A DNA stretch of 29,066 bases from positions 1 through 29,066 of IMG/VR virus record IMGVR_UViG_3300020406_000019; one strand, 5' to 3'. The position numbers were made by a program, and so were the translations under genes. The notes below the pieces were generated by a model. It saw only the letters and a program-made list of their open reading frames with translations, searched no databases and had not been told where the DNA came from. The DNA is from a virus (lineage: Duplodnaviria > Caudoviricetes). Shown here one piece after another: positions 24,815 to 29,066 of the stretch (positions are counted from its first letter, which is position 1; the number at the start of each line of letters is the position of its first letter).

Positions 24815-24834
24815 CCCATATGGGGTGGTATTTT

Positions 24835-24842
24835 TATTTATG
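24835..24842 (-). promoter_or_regulatory. late promoter CATAAATA for the gp54-like/gp26/tail block
   Basis: NATAAATA on the minus strand 25 nt upstream of the ATG at 24809. Confidence 0.75.
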
Positions 24843-25340
24843 TCTCTAAAACAAGGTAAATTCAAACCTAAGAATTATAAGAAATATAAGGGAGATCCGA
24901 CTGAGATATTTTATCGGTCTGGTTGGGAACTCAAGTTCATGAATTGGTGTGATAATGATAGAGCAGTTGTTAGTTGGTCATCTGAGGAGATAGTAATACC
25001 ATACAAATGTCCTACAGATAATAAGGTGCATAGATACTTCCCAGACTTTTGGGTGAAGATCAAAGAACCAACAAAAACTGAGCAATATCTGGTAGAGGTT
25101 AAACCTCTGAAGCAAACACAAGAACCCAAACCCCAAAAACGTCAAACCAAACGATACATCACGGAGGTCATGACATATGCTAAAAACCATGCAAAGTGGA
25201 GGGCAGCTCAGGAATACTGCGATGACAGAGGAATCAACTTCCGAATCATCACAGAGCGAGAGCTCAGAATTAACTACCCTGCTCCAAAGTCTAAGGGGAA
25301 GCAAGGTAAGCAAACCTCAACTAAGAGAAAAAATATTTGA
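24840..25340 (+). CDS. gp4: head completion protein gp4 (TnsA-like PD-(D/E)xK nuclease fold)
   Basis: G.F.PKN..KY.GDP..I.YRS.WE..FM.WCD, WSSEE..IPY, HRYFPDF, LVEVKP, N.AKW.AA..YC. Start re-called to ATG 24840. Confidence 0.93.
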   Translation: MSLKQGKFKPKNYKKYKGDPTEIFYRSGWELKFMNWCDNDRAVVSWSSEEIVIPYKCPTDNKVHRYFPDFWVKIKEPTKTEQYLVEVKPLKQTQEPKPQKRQTKRYITEVMTYAKNHAKWRAAQEYCDDRGINFRIITERELRINYPAPKSKGKQGKQTSTKRKNI

Positions 25341-25671
25341 AGCACTCTACGACAATGCCACAGAACAACCAGAGGTAGGTAAGTGGTATTTCTTTGAATA
25401 TGATCCCAAATACAGAGATAGTATAAAGAAATGGGACGAGTACCCGTTAATAAAACTCATGGAAATCAAGAAGGATAGACTGCTAGGAATGAATATTCAT
25501 TTCCTTAGACCAAAAGCTCGTCTTGGGTCACTAAATAAAGAGGAAGCTCCTATGGAGACACTTCGTTACTACATACCTAAGAATGCCGACAACTTATTCT
25601 TTGAGATACCAGAGGAAGATATGCAGGCAATGAGTCAATTACCACTAGAACAATTTCATAGAAACAGATGA
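25222..25671 (+). CDS. gp2: DNA end protector protein gp2-like
   Basis: P.VGK.YFF.YDPK.......WD.YPLI...G.N.H.L.P..R motif. Likely start is ATG 25222 with AGGA upstream; the start position is uncertain. Confidence 0.8.
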   Translation: MTEESTSESSQSESSELTTLLQSLRGSKVSKPQLREKIFEALYDNATEQPEVGKWYFFEYDPKYRDSIKKWDEYPLIKLMEIKKDRLLGMNIHFLRPKARLGSLNKEEAPMETLRYYIPKNADNLFFEIPEEDMQAMSQLPLEQFHRNR

Positions 25672-26924
25672 CAACTGGGAATAGAGTATTATATGGCGAT
25701 GATAGAACCTACCCTAAAGGTTTGACTGATATCCCTCTTGCATCTTATTTTAAGATCACTAGGTATCAGTATAATGAAGGATTAAAAGCTGCGAGAGAAT
25801 CAGGTCAGAACGATGCTCAGACAGGACTAGGTAATATTGGTGGTGTAACTGACGCTGTAAGAAAAGGTAATGAGTTCCTCTATGGAGGTACAGACGGTGG
25901 AACCACTGAGGGCGATACAAGAATGGAAGCACTCAATAATGAACTACAAGCACTTGCGTTAGCTGATATCGGTAATGGTAAAGGTAGATCTGGTGTAAAG
26001 AATGCAGAGAAGAGAAGAAAACAAGTATTAGCAAAGATAAGTAAAGGTGAGTATGAGCATCTATTCAGAGACGGTCCTATCACACTACAGGACGGAACTG
26101 TTGTAGAAAATGCTAACGAGTTAGCTGATATAAAGAATGAATCATATGAGACTGCGGATACAGTCCCTACAATATATCGTCTACCCATGCCTAATGAGTT
26201 TCAATATTCATATGGGGCATCATGGGGAAACACATTTAAGTTAGGAACCATGGCAAGAGTTCTTGATGACCCTACTGGGGCTATCGGTCAGATGCTTGCT
26301 ACAGGTACTATTGCGGGTGTGACTGACGCACTCGGTCAGATTGGATCTAACTTTACAGATGGGATGAATGATCAAGCGGGTATGGATATATCTAAATCTC
26401 TTGGTAAAGCATTCAAGGGAGCAACAGATCCACTTGGTGTAAATAGTGACATCACACAGCCAGCAAACTTCCTAGGACTAGCAGGACTAGCACCTAATGA
26501 GAATGCCATCATGATGTTCAGTAAAATGGAAATGAGATCCTTCTCATTATCATTCGAGTTCTTTGCTCGTGATGCTGACGAAGCAGAAAATATTGATAAG
26601 ATAATCAATGGATTTAAGACTGGCATGCATCCTGTTGCTAACGCTAAAGGAACTGGGGGTGTACTAGGTTTCCCAGATCTATTCAAACTAGAACCATGGT
26701 TCGGTGCTGTAGATGAATTTGGTGCTGTTGTTGACGGTGGTCAACCACATCCAATGATGCCACGTTCTAAGATGTGTGCTCTTACTAATATGAATGTAAA
26801 CGCATCACCATCAAATAATTTTATCACCACTAAGGGTGGTGAAATCCCCTTACAAACTGTCAGTTGTACATTTGCTGAGACAACAGCACTTACATCTGCT
26901 GATCTAGAAACAGGTAGATTCTAA
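25668..26924 (+). CDS. gp48: baseplate tail-tube cap gp48
   Basis: LPMP......Y.A.W, PN....F.....R.F...F.F.AR...EA..I..I...FK..M.P, CALT...V and F.ET..LT..D. Confidence 0.85.
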   Translation: MTTGNRVLYGDDRTYPKGLTDIPLASYFKITRYQYNEGLKAARESGQNDAQTGLGNIGGVTDAVRKGNEFLYGGTDGGTTEGDTRMEALNNELQALALADIGNGKGRSGVKNAEKRRKQVLAKISKGEYEHLFRDGPITLQDGTVVENANELADIKNESYETADTVPTIYRLPMPNEFQYSYGASWGNTFKLGTMARVLDDPTGAIGQMLATGTIAGVTDALGQIGSNFTDGMNDQAGMDISKSLGKAFKGATDPLGVNSDITQPANFLGLAGLAPNENAIMMFSKMEMRSFSLSFEFFARDADEAENIDKIINGFKTGMHPVANAKGTGGVLGFPDLFKLEPWFGAVDEFGAVVDGGQPHPMMPRSKMCALTNMNVNASPSNNFITTKGGEIPLQTVSCTFAETTALTSADLETGRF

Positions 26925-27553
26925 TGAGTTTATTTCAGAACGCACCCAATGTACTATACAACTATACGGATCAACTTTTAGATCCTAAGTTTTATCGTGC
27001 CAAGAATCTATGGAGAAGAAATAATATTAGAGACGATTACTTAGCTTCTGTTGTTATCTTCGATGATGTCTTCATAAAAACTGGTGACACACCAGAATCA
27101 ATAGCATTTAACTATTACAAACAGGCAGACTTAGGTTGGACTATCATGATAGTGAATAACATCACTAACTACCATGAACAGTGGCCACGTACATCTGATG
27201 CTTTGAGAGACTATGTGTACACAAAATATGAAAACCCCGCTGCCATCATGATGTATGAGACAACGGAGGTTACTGATGCTTTGAATCGTAAAATTGTAAA
27301 GGCAGGACTTAGAGTTCCAAGCAACTATCAGGTCACATATTATGATGGAACTGCGTCTGCGGGTGTAACTGTAAATCCAGTATCACCTGTGACATACTAT
27401 CAGTATGAAGAAAGATTGAATGCTGAGAAAGAAAAGATTAGATTAATAAAACCCATCTATATAAAAGAATTTGCTGATCTATACACAGCATCCCTTCATA
27501 GAGGTGGGTCGTTAGTTATTGGTCAGAATAAATCTGAAATTAAAATAGATTAA
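26924..27553 (+). CDS. gp53: baseplate wedge subunit gp53
   Basis: I..GDTPE.IA..YY....L.W.I...NNI.N...QWP, Y...KY, YET.EV, Y.YE..LN..K..I.L.KP.Y (LysM-like gp53 signature). Confidence 0.9.
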   Translation: MSLFQNAPNVLYNYTDQLLDPKFYRAKNLWRRNNIRDDYLASVVIFDDVFIKTGDTPESIAFNYYKQADLGWTIMIVNNITNYHEQWPRTSDALRDYVYTKYENPAAIMMYETTEVTDALNRKIVKAGLRVPSNYQVTYYDGTASAGVTVNPVSPVTYYQYEERLNAEKEKIRLIKPIYIKEFADLYTASLHRGGSLVIGQNKSEIKID

Positions 27554-28323
27554 GGGATGAATCCTGGTCCTGTATCGTCCCCTGTGTCGATGGTGTAAGT
27601 AAATCCATCATCTATTCCTGTAGGAAAGTTATATTCAATACCATCTAATTGGTCTAAATCGCCACCGACTCTTTCAGTAGTAGAGAAGGTGGTTTTGTGG
27701 TCTTCATCGAAGATTTTTAATCCTGAGTCTGTTAACACATGATTGTACATCTTGTTGAATACCTTCGGTGGTATGGTACAAATGTGAGCACCATTCCAGA
27801 ATGCGAGTGTAACCTTAGCAACGTCACGAATGGATGCTGCTAATACCTCAGTATAGATACCATGCTTCTTATAGATATCAACTATGGAACGAACAACTTC
27901 TACACCTGAGTGAGAGTTATCTTCTAATCTACCAACGAAAGGTGAGACATAAGTTGCCCCTGCTTTCGCAGCTAGGATTGCTTGTGCTGTGCTGAATATT
28001 AAGGTTACGTTTACTCTAATTAATTCTCTTTTAAGAGTGTGACAAGCAAGGAGTCCGTCTGGTGTACACGGAACCTTGATTGTAGCACATTCACCAAATT
28101 TTGCTTTCAATCTACGACCTTCATTGATCATAGTTTCAGCATTGCCCACGACTTCCATAGAGATATCATTGATTCCCATGTCTTTGAGTTTTTGATACAC
28201 CTGTTCTGGGTGTCTGCCACTCTTCATAATAAGGGTAGGGTTGGTTGTTACACCATCAATAAGACCTGTTTCGTATGCGTCTCTAATCGCCCATACGTCA
28301 GCGGAGTCAATGAAAATCTTCAT
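27550..28323 (-). CDS. talC: transaldolase (TalC/MipB family) with acidic C-terminal extension
   Basis: IFIDSAD, DGVTTNPTL, IKVP (Schiff-base Lys), VNVTLIFS..QA.LAAKAGATYVSPFVGR, LAASIR. SMEV (Glu) and SPF (Phe) indicate transaldolase rather than FSA. Confidence 0.96.
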   Translation of the reverse strand: MKIFIDSADVWAIRDAYETGLIDGVTTNPTLIMKSGRHPEQVYQKLKDMGINDISMEVVGNAETMINEGRRLKAKFGECATIKVPCTPDGLLACHTLKRELIRVNVTLIFSTAQAILAAKAGATYVSPFVGRLEDNSHSGVEVVRSIVDIYKKHGIYTEVLAASIRDVAKVTLAFWNGAHICTIPPKVFNKMYNHVLTDSGLKIFDEDHKTTFSTTERVGGDLDQLDGIEYNFPTGIDDGFTYTIDTGDDTGPGFIP

Positions 28324-28326
28324 AAT

Positions 28327-29066
28327 TTATTCGTTAGCAAGTTTAGCAAAGTAGGATAAGGCATCATCTTCTTCTGCGGGAGCAGGAGTCGGTGCTGACT
28401 TAAATGTAGGAGCAGATTCTGCTGCTACAGATTTATAGAGACCTTCACTTTGGTCTTCTAAATCCTCTATCTCTGTCTGACGAGGAGGAGTTGGTGCTGT
28501 GTTTAACACCTGAGTTAATCTCTTCTGTAACTCTTCAAAAGTTTTAAACTTATCAGCAGCAGTGAAGTCAACAAGACTATACTGTTGTGACCATAGTGTT
28601 TCTAACTCTGAATCATCAAATCCTTTAAGTGTGCTTGGTTCAGCAAACTCAGACTTGTCATAGTTCCAATAACCTTCAACCTTACGGATCTTGACTTTAA
28701 AGTCAGCACCCTTCCAGAAATCAAATGGGTTGATTGGAGTTTCATCAGCAAATGCGGGTTGCATTGCTTCTGTTAGTTTATCAAAGATCTTTTTACCATA
28801 CTTGTAAAGGAAGACTCTTCCTTCATTCTCTGGATTAGCAGGGTCTTGTAGGACGTAGATATTACTGTAGTAAGATAACTTACGTTTTTGCTTACGAGCA
28901 ATCTCTTTGTCGGCATCACTACCGCTATTCCATAAGGTTCTGTTTAGGTCTGAAACAGGATCTTTTTTGCCTAAAGTTGTGAGAGAGTTCTCAATATACC
29001 ATCCACCAGGACCTTGGAAGGCATGACTCCAAACTTGTGCCCATGGAAGGTCTTCTCCATCGGGTG
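28327..29066 (-). CDS. gp32: single-stranded DNA-binding protein gp32 (5'-truncated by window edge)
   Basis: The frame extends to the window edge: LPWAQVWSHAFQGPGGWYIENSLTTLGKKDPVS...RKQKRKLSYYSNIYV..DP.NPENEG.VFLYKYGKKIFDK...FDFWKGADFK.KIR.VEGYWNYDKSEF, ending in the acidic tail EEDDALSYFAKLA. Confidence 0.96.
   Translation of the reverse strand, partial: PDGEDLPWAQVWSHAFQGPGGWYIENSLTTLGKKDPVSDLNRTLWNSGSDADKEIARKQKRKLSYYSNIYVLQDPANPENEGRVFLYKYGKKIFDKLTEAMQPAFADETPINPFDFWKGADFKVKIRKVEGYWNYDKSEFAEPSTLKGFDDSELETLWSQQYSLVDFTAADKFKTFEELQKRLTQVLNTAPTPPRQTEIEDLEDQSEGLYKSVAAESAPTFKSAPTPAPAEEDDALSYFAKLANE

Noticed and set aside
24840-25340. TnsA-like nuclease as a transposase or homing endonuclease
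   Set aside because: Motifs and synteny identify it as the core T4 head-completion gp4. No transposon ends or partner genes are present.
1-29066. tRNA/rRNA genes, CRISPR arrays, introns, inteins, rho-independent terminators
   Set aside because: The window is almost fully coding with gaps of 30 nt or less. I saw no cloverleaf, repeat-spacer array, intein motif or GC hairpin with U-tract by eye; a covariance-model scan was not possible.

Overview
This is a fragment of a T4-like cyanophage genome (Kyanoviridae-type myovirus of marine Synechococcus/Prochlorococcus). The call rests on T4-core genes (gp32, gp53, gp48, gp2, gp4, gp54-like, gp26, gp51, gp27-like, split gp5) together with the cyanophage auxiliary genes talC and cpeT. 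Read along the minus strand from right to left, the order is: gp32 (partial) and talC; a plus-strand block gp4-gp2-gp48-gp53; a tail/baseplate block (gp54-like, gp26, gp51, two paralogous tape-measure-like genes, gp27-like hub, gp5 in two pieces); a nine-gene accessory island (ACP, two 2OG-Fe(II) oxygenases, CpeT, hypotheticals) with its own sigma70 promoter; a tail-fibre module ending in a gp38-like polyglycine adhesin plus two paralogous cupin-like genes; and a partial beta-class DNA methyltransferase. The strongest observation is an in-frame T TTT TTC slippery heptamer just before the gp26 stop. A -1 shift there runs directly into the gp51 reading frame, which has no ATG at its 5' end, suggesting a lambda G/GT-type programmed frameshift in a T4-like phage. 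Also notable are face-to-face late promoters that each contain the opposite gene's start codon, a Tyr/Cys-rich hairpin inserted in the adhesin, and a basic/acidic pair of paralogous tape-measure-like proteins. All family assignments come from motif recognition by eye; no searches were run.
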